64,000 bases of DNA from positions 124,001 to 188,000 of IMG/VR virus record IMGVR_UViG_3300044974_001280. One strand, given 5' to 3'. How positions within the stretch are numbered: position 1 is the first letter of the stretch; each line of letters opens with the position of its first letter. This document shows, piece after piece, positions 9,808-19,295 of the stretch. The notes beneath the pieces were generated by a model, which saw only the letters and a program-made list of their open reading frames with translations, was not told where the DNA came from and made no database searches. Position numbers and translations under genes: made by a program.

Positions 9808-9888
9808 GACAAATTGTCTTAAAAAACCTGGGAAAGGGTGACAAAATTTCGATTATCCTCGTAAATTTCTTTTTGGTACAAAGATTGA
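9808..9888 (+). promoter_or_regulatory. Putative sigma54-type (-24/-12) promoter with upstream palindrome
   Basis: GACAAATTGTC palindrome 9808-9818, related TGACAAAATTTC 9839-9850, TGGTACAAAGATTGA 9874-9888 (GG-N10-GA). Confidence 0.4.
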
Positions 9889-9913
9889 TTAGCAGTGATT
9901 AAAAAAAATCACT

Positions 9914-10270
9914 ATGAAAACTATGTACTATTACCACCCCTTGGAAATGATGGAGAGAATCCTCGGCAACGATCTTAAGATCGTCGAAAATCTGGACTAT
10001 AAAGTTTCAGAACAAGAGGATGCCTTCGAAGCCCAATTCAAAATGCCAGGTTATAAACAGAGCGAAATCCTGGCAGAGGTCAGCGACAATATTCTGACCC
10101 TGCAGGCAAAATCTGACACCAATCCCTGGTCATCTGAAATTTCTAAAAAGTTCAAACTTCCAAACTCTGTTCAAGGTCAAAAGACGGAGGCAAAACTTCA
10201 GGACGGAATTCTCCACCTTAGAATCCCCAAAAGAAAAGAGTCTCTGACTAAAAAAATTGAAATTTTATAG
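9914..10270 (+). CDS. Small heat shock protein (Hsp20/alpha-crystallin)
   Basis: MPGYK...FKLP...AKLQDGILHLRIPK...KIEI. Confidence 0.9.
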   Translation: MKTMYYYHPLEMMERILGNDLKIVENLDYKVSEQEDAFEAQFKMPGYKQSEILAEVSDNILTLQAKSDTNPWSSEISKKFKLPNSVQGQKTEAKLQDGILHLRIPKRKESLTKKIEIL

Positions 10271-10293
10271 CCTTCAGAAGTTCCTTTTTAGGC

Positions 10294-10322
10294 AAGCCCG
10301 GCTGAACTAAGCCGGGTTTTTT
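10294..10322 (+). terminator. Rho-independent terminator
   Basis: AAGCCCGGCT-GAACTA-AGCCGGGTTT followed by T run. Confidence 0.8.
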
Positions 10323-10335
10323 GTATGTTTGCTCT

Positions 10336-10728
10336 ATGAGAGAAAGACTTATTCAAGAAGATTATGTAGAAGAACCCTGGAGAATGCTGGTCTGCTGCAT
10401 TCTTCTTAACCAGACCTCAAACCAGCAAGTCCGAAAAGTGCTCCCTGACGTTTTTTCTTTCGTGCCCGATCCTGACACTGCCGTAAATTGTGATGTTGAT
10501 CAGCTGATTCAGTTGATCAAAAGCACCGGCTTTTCTCGGGTCAAAGCCCAAAGAATTATTCAGATGAGCCACAAATGGCTAGAGGGGTTTCATCAAGTTT
10601 CAGAACTGCCAGGTGTGGGCAGATATGCCCACGACTCCTGGAAAATTTTCATCCAAAAAATGAGAGATCTAGAGGTGACCGATAAAAAATTGGCCAAGTT
10701 TTTAGAGGAGGTTCGGTTGGATATATAA
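10336..10728 (+). CDS. MBD4-like HhH-GPD DNA glycosylase
   Basis: LIQE...PWRMLVCCILLNQT, HhH LPGVGRYAHDSWKIF, DKKL. Confidence 0.8.
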   Translation: MRERLIQEDYVEEPWRMLVCCILLNQTSNQQVRKVLPDVFSFVPDPDTAVNCDVDQLIQLIKSTGFSRVKAQRIIQMSHKWLEGFHQVSELPGVGRYAHDSWKIFIQKMRDLEVTDKKLAKFLEEVRLDI

Positions 10729-10731
10729 GAG

Positions 10732-12429
10732 GTGGGCAATGTCATTAAATCCCAGATAGTTACCAGGGACACCAAAAATTTACTCAACTACACAACTTGG
10801 GTAGCTGGGAATAGCTCAGCTACTGGTTTCTCCAGAAATGGCGGGGCAGCAGAGAATCTACTGGTAAACGGTCTGGACCCTTGGGGCAACGAAACGGTTT
10901 TGTGGTTGTCACTACCCGACGGAGGTGGAAATGATGACGGAGGTTGGAACACGACAAATTTTTCTATAGATCACACTAAGCTCTATCGTTTTTCTGTGTG
11001 GGTAAAAAGGACAGTGTATGTGGAGGGTCGGTTCTATTTTGGAACAAATGGATTTGGTTCTACTAATGGAGTTTTAAGTCGTTCCACCGGAACAAACAAC
11101 ACTAACCCCTATTTTTGGACGTCGTCTGATCCGCCAACTACAGCCGAGATGCCTAACAGCACCTGGATTTTAGTGGTTGGACACGTTTGGCCATCTGGAT
11201 CGGGGACTGGAGCTAACAAACCAGAATCTGGCAGATATACTATTGGCTTGGGTAGATATGCTGGTATTTCTCTAGATTTCGTCTGGCGAACAGAATCTAC
11301 CCAGGCTAGACACAGAACTTATCTATACTATGCAGAGAGCAACTTACCTAGACAATATTGGTGTTACCCTAGAGTCGATATTGTAGATGGAACCGAGCCT
11401 ACCATAGCCCAATTATTGGGCGGATATGGCGCTTTGTCTTCTGTCTCTCTCCAAAAAAGCAATTTTTTATTAGGCCCTTCGGATACTGTTTCCTATTATG
11501 AAACATCACAGGGTGGGTATTGGAACGGTATCCTTCCGGCTTCCGGTGGTTACACGATTTATCTGGGTAATCCTGCCACAGCGGGGGCTTCTGCCTCACC
11601 CCCTGTTATTTACACTGCATCAAGCGGTAATGATTTAGTGACTGTGTCTGGCGTTGTGTTCAGAAATACTTTTAGTTCAGCCAGCGACGTATTGAGCTGG
11701 GCTGCTCCTCAGAACGACATTCTGATCGTTAACCGAGAATACGAGCCGATAGTTACTTCCGGTTTGGTACTAAATCTAGATGCGGGATTTACCCCTTCTT
11801 ATCCCACGACTGGAACAACCTGGTACGATCTGAGTGGGAATGGATTTAATGGCACTTTAGTTAACTCTCCAACTTATTCTTCGAATGAAGGAGGAATAAT
11901 CACATTCGATGGGATCAATGACTACGTGGAAATAGCGGACGCGACAAGTTTGAATTTTGGAACCGGAGGTTTTACAATTCTTATGTGGGTGGGTGGAATA
12001 CCTTCTTATCCTGGTTCCGCTAAAACTATAATTAGAAAGGGAAGCAGATTCGACGGTAACGTGGCGGGATGGTCTATTGTATGGGCGGGAAGTCCTCAGG
12101 ATTTGTATTTTATTATCAGCAGTTCTACGGCAAGACTGGAAGGAAGAACAAGTCCAAATGGTGGTTTGAACGGCTGGAGTGGATATAAATTAATTGGTGT
12201 CCAAAGAAGTGGAACCAATTGGAATCAAATCAACAACACCACAGTTACAACTTTAGGAACATTTAGCGGAGATGTAAACAACACATTGCCGATCACAATT
12301 TCATACAATTCACAGTATGCGTCATATCTAAATCAACAGGTTGGTATGACCTTGATTTACAATAGAGCTCTTAGCTCAGCTGAAATTACACAAGTTTACA
12401 ATGCCACAAAAGCCAGATATGGCTTATAA
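10732..12429 (+). CDS. Virion-associated lectin-like (LamG/ConA) domain protein
   Basis: G/T/S-rich; IVTSGLVLNLDAG...WYDLSGNG...FDGINDYV...IYNRALS..EI..VYNATKARYGL; GATATATA 4 nt upstream. Confidence 0.75.
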   Translation: MGNVIKSQIVTRDTKNLLNYTTWVAGNSSATGFSRNGGAAENLLVNGLDPWGNETVLWLSLPDGGGNDDGGWNTTNFSIDHTKLYRFSVWVKRTVYVEGRFYFGTNGFGSTNGVLSRSTGTNNTNPYFWTSSDPPTTAEMPNSTWILVVGHVWPSGSGTGANKPESGRYTIGLGRYAGISLDFVWRTESTQARHRTYLYYAESNLPRQYWCYPRVDIVDGTEPTIAQLLGGYGALSSVSLQKSNFLLGPSDTVSYYETSQGGYWNGILPASGGYTIYLGNPATAGASASPPVIYTASSGNDLVTVSGVVFRNTFSSASDVLSWAAPQNDILIVNREYEPIVTSGLVLNLDAGFTPSYPTTGTTWYDLSGNGFNGTLVNSPTYSSNEGGIITFDGINDYVEIADATSLNFGTGGFTILMWVGGIPSYPGSAKTIIRKGSRFDGNVAGWSIVWAGSPQDLYFIISSSTARLEGRTSPNGGLNGWSGYKLIGVQRSGTNWNQINNTTVTTLGTFSGDVNNTLPITISYNSQYASYLNQQVGMTLIYNRALSSAEITQVYNATKARYGL

Positions 12430-12433
12430 CTCT

Positions 12434-12760
12434 CTATTTACTTTCCGTTTTGGCCTTGCCAGATAGAGTCTCATGAATTCTCTGTTTTACGTACTTTAGC
12501 ACTTTCTTAGAATCTTTGTGGTCTTTTGAAAGCATTTTTTGAAATTCTTCTTCCTCTGCTAACTCGTCTAGATACGAATACAAGTCAGTTGTGTTGTAGA
12601 GATCGTCAACTACCTGGGGCATCTGAGTGTAGGCTGGACGATAATTTCTGGAGTTAACGTTGTCTTTATACCAATCACCTGGCACTACCACACTCCCTGG
12701 AGCGAAGGCGCTCCAGCTTTCGGATAAAAATTTTTTGAAACTTTTAATACGGGGGGTCAT
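12434..12760 (-). CDS. Hypothetical protein with capsid-targeting-like N-terminus
   Basis: Probable start MTPRIKSFKKFLSE at 12760, GATATATA on minus strand at 12766-12773. Confidence 0.65.
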   Translation of the reverse strand: MTPRIKSFKKFLSESWSAFAPGSVVVPGDWYKDNVNSRNYRPAYTQMPQVVDDLYNTTDLYSYLDELAEEEEFQKMLSKDHKDSKKVLKYVKQRIHETLSGKAKTESK

Positions 12761-12806
12761 ATGTGTATATATCCAACTGGAGAAGACAAAAATTGACTTC
12801 GTAATT

Positions 12807-14210
12807 ATGATCATTGATATAGAAAATAAAGGGACTGGTTTAACGGTCTCTACTTTTTCAAAGGAGGGGAATGTTGAATTTGTCAACATTGAAATTCCTG
12901 AGGAAGAAAGATTCGTGTGGGAAATTTGTTCAGCTAGCGATAGGGCCAGAGACACTGTTTGGAAAAATTGGGACGGCAAGCCCATCAAGAAAGTCAAAAA
13001 TCAAAAGTACGACAAATACCGAATAGTTCAACTGTTAGAAGAGAGTGATCGGGATCTAACTGCACCTCTTTGGGAATCTCAAACCCCGAAAAAATATTTC
13101 GTGGACATTGAGGTCGAGATGACTGATGAGCTAGGTGATTCTTTGGACACCTCAAGTGCCAAAAATAGGGTCTTGTCGATCGGTATTGCCACTGACAGAT
13201 GTAAACTGATTGTGTTGGGTTTGGATGAGTTAACCCCCGAGGCACAGGCACAGATTCATGAAGAAGTGAACACCTACCTCGGCAAGATGGGTGATGAATG
13301 GTCTTTCAGATACATGAAATTCGAGTCCGAGTATGATATGATGTACACTTTTTTCAAAGACATTGGAGCCAAAATGTCTCTGATCACCGGCTGGAACTGG
13401 TTTGGTTACGACTGGCCCTATTTGCTTAATCGAGCCAAAAGGCTGGGCATCGATCCCAAGATCATGTCACCCTCTAAATATCTCATCGGTCAGAACCAAA
13501 TTCCGGTTCACTTGCAGATGGTCGACTATCTGGAAATCTACAAAAAATGGGATAGGGTTATCAAAATCAAAGAAAGTAATCGACTGGATTATGTGGCAGA
13601 AAAGGCAACGGGTCTCAAGAAAATTCACTATGATGGCTCTCTCCGAACCTTGTACCAATCAGATTTCAAAAAGTTTATTCTTTACAACGCCATTGACTGT
13701 GCCCTGGTCCATTACATCGATAAAAAATTGGGCACTCTCCTGACTTATTTTAAGATTGCCTGTCTCAACGGGGTCGAGATCGGCAGGGCTTTATCCCCTG
13801 TTTGGTCTACGGAAGTCATTATGCTCCGAAAATTCTTGGCTCGGAAGCAAGTTTTTGTAAATCTCCGCAAAGAAGAAAACCACATCAAATTCACGGGTGG
13901 CTATGTCAAAGAACCCATCCAGGGTCTGCACGAATGGGTTGCCTGTTACGACTTTGCTTCCCTATATCCGAACACAATAGTTCAGTGGGGTCTGTCCCCA
14001 GAAGTTTTCAAGGGTAAGAACATATCTCACTCCCAGGACTCCTGGACCAAAACCTCTTCAGGTTCGTTCTTTGGAGGTGACGACGAGGAGCCCATTCTGA
14101 AATCGATCATTAAAGATCTCTATGCCCAGAGAAGATCGACCAAAGATAAAATGTTGCAATTGCAGATTGAAATTGACAAAATAGAGAAACAATTAAAAAA
14201 CTTAACGTAG
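12807..14210 (+). CDS. Family B DNA polymerase, N-terminal subunit (3'-5' exonuclease, motif A, first fingers helix)
   Basis: ExoI VDIEV, ExoII GWNWFGYDWPY, ExoIII YNAID, GGYV, DFASLYP; ends before motif B. Confidence 0.9.
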   Translation: MIIDIENKGTGLTVSTFSKEGNVEFVNIEIPEEERFVWEICSASDRARDTVWKNWDGKPIKKVKNQKYDKYRIVQLLEESDRDLTAPLWESQTPKKYFVDIEVEMTDELGDSLDTSSAKNRVLSIGIATDRCKLIVLGLDELTPEAQAQIHEEVNTYLGKMGDEWSFRYMKFESEYDMMYTFFKDIGAKMSLITGWNWFGYDWPYLLNRAKRLGIDPKIMSPSKYLIGQNQIPVHLQMVDYLEIYKKWDRVIKIKESNRLDYVAEKATGLKKIHYDGSLRTLYQSDFKKFILYNAIDCALVHYIDKKLGTLLTYFKIACLNGVEIGRALSPVWSTEVIMLRKFLARKQVFVNLRKEENHIKFTGGYVKEPIQGLHEWVACYDFASLYPNTIVQWGLSPEVFKGKNISHSQDSWTKTSSGSFFGGDDEEPILKSIIKDLYAQRRSTKDKMLQLQIEIDKIEKQLKNLT

Positions 14211-14284
14211 AAAATTTCAGACCGCAGGGGACTATTTAGATATATAGTCTACTCATTCAAACAGACCTAAAAAACTTTTAAATA

Positions 14285-14767
14285 ATGACAAACCTCAATT
14301 TTCAGACTTGTGCCCATTTAGAGATCAACAACAATTATCAGGAATTAAGAGACCAGGGGGAAGACGCTCTAGCTCTAATTTTTAACCTCCAAAAATCAAT
14401 CCAGGAAGAAGTCTACGGGTACAATTTTGAGGAGATTCAATCTTCGATCAAGAAGTTAAAAGAGTTTATCGACTGGAATGAAGAAGCCATTAGAGACGAG
14501 GATCGGGAATTACAAAACGCCTTGACTGGAATTCACACCTACCCAGCCTGCTGGAAACCCTGGAAGTCCAAACACGCGGAAGCAATGTCCAGATCTCTGG
14601 CTGATTTGACCGAAGATGAACTGAAAGAATTAAGGTACGAATGGATAGATAAACTCCATTTTATGATGAATGAGGCTATTGCCCTGGGTTTAACTCCGGA
14701 ATCCATCACCAATTATTACGTGGCCAAGAACAGACACAACATCGAGAGGCAGGCCAATAATTATTAA
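14285..14767 (+). CDS. T4 gp56-like dCTPase/dUTPase (all-alpha NTP pyrophosphatase)
   Basis: CAHL near N-terminus, WKPWK, EWIDKLHFMMN, KNRHNIERQANNY. Confidence 0.8.
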   Translation: MTNLNFQTCAHLEINNNYQELRDQGEDALALIFNLQKSIQEEVYGYNFEEIQSSIKKLKEFIDWNEEAIRDEDRELQNALTGIHTYPACWKPWKSKHAEAMSRSLADLTEDELKELRYEWIDKLHFMMNEAIALGLTPESITNYYVAKNRHNIERQANNY

Positions 14768-14833
14768 AAAAAACAACCATCCACTTCACTCTAGGGAGAC
14801 CTATCTGTGGAGAAAACCAAAAAAATAACCACC

Positions 14834-16114
14834 ATGCACAATTCAGAAGAAATTCTTCCCAGCGAAAGTCACTTCGTCATTAAGAGAAGTGGGGACAAAG
14901 TTCCTTTCGAAACCCAGAAAATAGAACAGGCGGTCGTCAAGGCAATGCGGAGCGTTAATACAGTGGATCCTGAAATGGCGGCCAGAATTGCAAGATTGAC
15001 CAAAAAAAGCCTCTTTAGAGGTGACAAGAACAGGGTTCCTCACGTAGATGAGGTTCATGATATGGTGGAGAACAAACTGATGGACAACAATCTGAATGAG
15101 GTTGCCAAGGAGTACATCATCTACAGGGCAAAGCACCAACCAAACCTTTTCTCAAAACGCATCAATCTTAAACCTTACGAGTACCCAGAGTTAGTGGAAT
15201 ACGTAGATGCGATCAGGCATTCCTATTGGGTTCACACAGAATTCAATTTCACTTCGGATATTCAGGATTTTAAGGTTTACCTGTCAGAACCAGAGAGGTC
15301 GGCCGTGCAGAGGGCGATGCTGGCCATTTCCCAGATCGAGATTGCAGTTAAAACTTTTTGGGGTGATCTATACAAGAGAATGCCAAAACCGGAGATTGGG
15401 AGTGTCGGTGCAACCTTTGCCGAATCTGAGGTGAGACACGCCGATGCCTATTCCAATCTCATTCAGGTTCTCGGCTTAAACTCCGAATTTGAGAATTTGC
15501 TCGAAGTACCCGCCATCAGAAAAAGAATTAAATATTTGGAGAAATCTATCTCAAATTCAAAATCTGTCGACAACAGAGACTATTTTGAATCCATTGTCCT
15601 TTTTTCGATGTTTGTTGAAAATGTCTCTCTCTTCTCCCAGTTTCTGGTTATTCTTTCTTTCAATAAACACAAGAACATGTTGAAAGGAATTAGCAATGCC
15701 GTAGAGGCAACCTCGAAAGAAGAAAACATCCACGCAGAATTTGGTTTTGATCTGGTGAATTTGATTAAAAAAGAGAATCCTTCTTGGTGGACTCAGGACC
15801 TGGTTGAGGACCTCATTGATGCCACCTTTGAAGCCTATGAAGCAGAGCTTGAAATTGTAGAATGGATTTTCGAAGCAGGAGATCTCGATTTTTTAAGCGC
15901 GGTCGAAACTGTTGAGTTTATCAAACATCGGTTTAATCTTTCTCTGAACGCCATAGGCATTCAAAATATCTTTGAGGTCAAAGAGAATCTGCTAGAAAAA
16001 ACAGAGTGGCTGAATGATGAAATTTTGACCACTAAGCACACCGACTTCTTCAATAAAAGATCCATTAATTACAGCAAAAAATCTAAATCAATTACCGTTA
16101 ACGACTTATTCTAA
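14834..16114 (+). CDS. nrdB: Class I ribonucleotide reductase beta subunit with N-terminal ATP cone (class Id-like)
   Basis: VIKRSG ATP cone; SQIEIAVKTFW, ESEVRHADAY, ENVSLF, EENIH; C-terminal DFF...Y. Confidence 0.9.
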   Translation: MHNSEEILPSESHFVIKRSGDKVPFETQKIEQAVVKAMRSVNTVDPEMAARIARLTKKSLFRGDKNRVPHVDEVHDMVENKLMDNNLNEVAKEYIIYRAKHQPNLFSKRINLKPYEYPELVEYVDAIRHSYWVHTEFNFTSDIQDFKVYLSEPERSAVQRAMLAISQIEIAVKTFWGDLYKRMPKPEIGSVGATFAESEVRHADAYSNLIQVLGLNSEFENLLEVPAIRKRIKYLEKSISNSKSVDNRDYFESIVLFSMFVENVSLFSQFLVILSFNKHKNMLKGISNAVEATSKEENIHAEFGFDLVNLIKKENPSWWTQDLVEDLIDATFEAYEAELEIVEWIFEAGDLDFLSAVETVEFIKHRFNLSLNAIGIQNIFEVKENLLEKTEWLNDEILTTKHTDFFNKRSINYSKKSKSITVNDLF

Positions 16115-16129
16115 AAAAAATAATTATTT

Positions 16130-17839
16130 ATGACAGGGGACAGAAAACCTTTCGACTGGATCAATTGGGAATCCATGACTTTTCTCAAAAGGGGCTATTT
16201 AGCCGAGCATGAAGATCCCGGGGTCCGGGTAAAAGTCATTGCCGATCATGCAGAAAAATTGCTGGGCATGCCCGGATTTTCCGACAAATTCTTTGATTAT
16301 ATGGGCAGAGGATGGTACTCCCTTTCCTCTCCAGTTTGGGCTAATTTTGGGAAAAAAAGAGGTCTCCCCGTTTCTTGCTTTGGTTCTCATCTAATGGACA
16401 ATATCGAGTCTATCCTGTATACCCAAGGAGAAGTAGGTGAAATGAGCAAGATGGGAGGAGGAACTTCAGGTTATTTTGGCAACATCAGAGGTCGAGGAGC
16501 CACGGTCAGTGATAACGGCCACGCCCCAGGGGCAGTCCACTTCATGAACCTTTTTCAGAGTGTGGTGGACAACATCTCCCAGGGCTCGACCAGAAGAGGC
16601 AGATTTTCACCTTATCTGCCCATCGACCATCCGGACATTCTGGAGTTTTTAGACATCGGAACCGAGGGATTTCCCATTCAGGATTTGACCCACGCCGTGA
16701 CGGTCTCTGACGACTTCATGACCAAGATGACCTTGGGAGATCAGGAAAAAAGAGCGGTGTGGGCTAAAGTCATTCAGAGAAGAGGGGAGATAGGTTATCC
16801 CTACATCATGTTTAGCGATACCATGAACTCCAAGTCACCGGATGTTTATCGGGATAAAGATCTTAAAATTTCCAATTCTAATCTTTGTTCTGAGATTGCC
16901 TTGCACAATTCTGATGACGAATCTTTTGTTTGTGTTCTGTCCTCGATGAATTTACTTCATTACGACGAATGGAAAGGCACAGATGCAGTTCAAACCATGG
17001 TCTATTTCTTGGATGCCGTGGTAACGGAATTTCTGACCAAAATAGATAATCTGAGGCAGGACGGCACAGTGGAAGGACAAAGAGCATTCTTTTATTTGTC
17101 TAGAGCCTACAATTTTGCCAAAAGACAGAGAGCTCTGGGTCTAGGTGTATTGGGCTGGCATTCCTTGCTTCAATCCAAATCTCTGCCCTTTGACTGCAAA
17201 GAGAGTGCCCAGTTGAACGTGGAGGTTTTCAAATACATCAAAGATGAATCCTATGCTGCTTCTAGGCAGCTAGCCACCATCTTCGGAGAACCCGAAATGC
17301 TCGTTGGATACGGCCGGAGAAATGTGACTCTGAATGCCATTGCTCCCACCACATCTTCTGCCTTTATTCTAGGCCAGGTTTCTCAGTCTATCGAACCAAT
17401 TTGGTCCAATTGTTTTGTTAAGGATGTCGCCAAGATCAAGGTCTCAATCAAGAATCCGGTTTTGAGAAAATTGCTAGTTGAACTGGATAAAGACACCAAA
17501 TACATCTGGGACAGCATCAAAAAGCACGATGGATCTGTCCAGCATTTCGATTGGTTGACTGACCATCAGAAAGAAGTGTTCAGAACTTTCTCCGAGATCA
17601 ACCAGGCGGCCATTATCAACCAGGCGGCTGTGAGACAGGATTACATCGATCAAGCTCAATCTCTCAATCTGATGATTTCTCCTGAAATGCCAACCAAAGA
17701 CGTGAACAGACTTCTGATCGATGCCTGGAAGCTCGGGATTAAAACTTTGTACTACCAGCATTCTATGAACTCTGCCCAGGCTTTTTCCAGAAAAAAATTA
17801 AATTTAAACGATCTTCAGTGTGTTGCCTGTGAATCTTAA
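16130..17839 (+). CDS. nrdA: Class I ribonucleotide reductase alpha subunit (no ATP cone)
   Basis: SCF, NLCSEI, APTTSS, TLYY, C-terminal CVAC. Confidence 0.95.
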   Translation: MTGDRKPFDWINWESMTFLKRGYLAEHEDPGVRVKVIADHAEKLLGMPGFSDKFFDYMGRGWYSLSSPVWANFGKKRGLPVSCFGSHLMDNIESILYTQGEVGEMSKMGGGTSGYFGNIRGRGATVSDNGHAPGAVHFMNLFQSVVDNISQGSTRRGRFSPYLPIDHPDILEFLDIGTEGFPIQDLTHAVTVSDDFMTKMTLGDQEKRAVWAKVIQRRGEIGYPYIMFSDTMNSKSPDVYRDKDLKISNSNLCSEIALHNSDDESFVCVLSSMNLLHYDEWKGTDAVQTMVYFLDAVVTEFLTKIDNLRQDGTVEGQRAFFYLSRAYNFAKRQRALGLGVLGWHSLLQSKSLPFDCKESAQLNVEVFKYIKDESYAASRQLATIFGEPEMLVGYGRRNVTLNAIAPTTSSAFILGQVSQSIEPIWSNCFVKDVAKIKVSIKNPVLRKLLVELDKDTKYIWDSIKKHDGSVQHFDWLTDHQKEVFRTFSEINQAAIINQAAVRQDYIDQAQSLNLMISPEMPTKDVNRLLIDAWKLGIKTLYYQHSMNSAQAFSRKKLNLNDLQCVACES

Positions 17840-17852
17840 CGAGTTATGTTTG

Positions 17853-17860
17853 GATATATA
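17853..17860 (+). promoter_or_regulatory. GATATATA putative late promoter (leaderless transcript)
   Basis: Only 4 nt before ATG 17865. Confidence 0.65.
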
Positions 17861-17864
17861 GCAC

Positions 17865-18497
17865 ATGGATTTAGTTAAGAATTTCTCAGATTTTTTAATA
17901 GAAAGAGAATTGCCGGATTCTCAAGGAAAAATTCTAGTTGTGATGGGACCTCCGGGATCAGGTAAAGGAACTTTTTCCGAAAAACTGGCAGATAGGCAAG
18001 GCTTCCACCACATTTCAACCGGAGAATTGCTCAGGAAATCAAAAAACCCGGAGATCAAGAAAAAAGTTGAACGGGGTGATTTCATCGACGATCAGACAGT
18101 TGTAAAGATGATCCGGAGGGAACTGAAGAAAATTGATCCTGATGATGGGATCATTATTGACGGATTCCCCCGGACCGTTAAACAAGCCTCTCTGTTAGAT
18201 TCTTTGCTCGGAAAAATGGGCTTGGGCCTGAGCCACACCATCTATCTGGATATAGACGAAGAAACGGCCAAAGGCAGAATTACTGCCAGGGCGGAAAGAG
18301 AAGACCGGAAGGACGACAAAGATCCAGAGGTGGTGGCTAAAAGATTCAGAGACTATGAAGAAAAAACTGCACCCCTGATTGATCTCTACACAAAAAACAG
18401 AAAACTGAAAAAATATAATGCCGCCAAAGGTAGCGAGAGCGTTTACAAGAAGATCGTGAAGGCCTTAGAACTAAACCGGACCCCTGATTCAGAATAA
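17865..18497 (+). CDS. adk: Adenylate kinase with capsid-targeting-like N-terminal extension
   Basis: GPPGSGKGT, HISTGELLR, DGFPRT, short LID R.DD; N-terminus MDLVKNFSDFLIE. Confidence 0.9.
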   Translation: MDLVKNFSDFLIERELPDSQGKILVVMGPPGSGKGTFSEKLADRQGFHHISTGELLRKSKNPEIKKKVERGDFIDDQTVVKMIRRELKKIDPDDGIIIDGFPRTVKQASLLDSLLGKMGLGLSHTIYLDIDEETAKGRITARAEREDRKDDKDPEVVAKRFRDYEEKTAPLIDLYTKNRKLKKYNAAKGSESVYKKIVKALELNRTPDSE

Positions 18498-18520
18498 TTT
18501 TTCAGTTCTAATTTTTTTCT

Positions 18521-19210
18521 ATGTCTGCCTACAAGTTTTCCTTGGTTGATGATTTCATCGATAAGTTTAAGAATTCTCTGACCCATAAATCTAAAACATC
18601 CACCTCGGATCGGAATCATCTTGAAGAGATTGCCAAATTTTTAGAAACACGGTGGTTGTCTCTGGGGATTGAAATTTCTCCCTATCGGGTTTCTTTGAGT
18701 AGAAATCCCGTGGTCTACCTCAAGTCCAAGAATTTCACCTCGGTCGACCATATGCTCTCCCAGTTGGAGGATATCCTGAAAGGACAGCGGATTGTATTCA
18801 AAAGACACAAGTATCCCGGTTGTTACCCTATCTTTTCTCTTTACAATCCCTCCATCCCTTCTTTACTGGCAAGTAAATCCCACAGTTTATTGACTTTGAC
18901 CTCTCATGGCAACTCCAGAAAACCCTGTTTTAAATTAGAACTTCTTCAAGATCATCAAGTGGTCAAGATTCTGGATGTCCAAATCAGCAACTTGAGGGCT
19001 GTTATCTGGACTGGTAATAAAATGGCAAAGATGAACTTTGAATCTTCTTCCGACCAGAAGTGTGTTTCACTTGAACCGCAGGATCTAGTTCAAAATCTAG
19101 AGTTGATGGCTCACACCAAAGAAGGAAATTGGAAGATGGAGGCGGATTTTACCTTTTATGCAGGTAGAGGCCTCATGCTTCAAAAGATTAGAGATATCAA
19201 GCGAGTGTAA
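18521..19210 (+). CDS. Hypothetical protein
   Basis: 229-aa ORF. Confidence 0.55.
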   Translation: MSAYKFSLVDDFIDKFKNSLTHKSKTSTSDRNHLEEIAKFLETRWLSLGIEISPYRVSLSRNPVVYLKSKNFTSVDHMLSQLEDILKGQRIVFKRHKYPGCYPIFSLYNPSIPSLLASKSHSLLTLTSHGNSRKPCFKLELLQDHQVVKILDVQISNLRAVIWTGNKMAKMNFESSSDQKCVSLEPQDLVQNLELMAHTKEGNWKMEADFTFYAGRGLMLQKIRDIKRV

Positions 19211-19295
19211 ACCTCTTTGAGAAAAAATTCTCACTTTTTATTCGTCATTCCTGAAATTTTTTCTCTTCCTAGAATATAATGAGAAATAATTTTCT

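Noticed and set aside
12660-12997. Long overlap of the polymerase ORF with the minus-strand ORF
   Set aside because: Artefact of upstream alternative starts; probable true starts are 12807 (+) and 12760 (-), which do not overlap.
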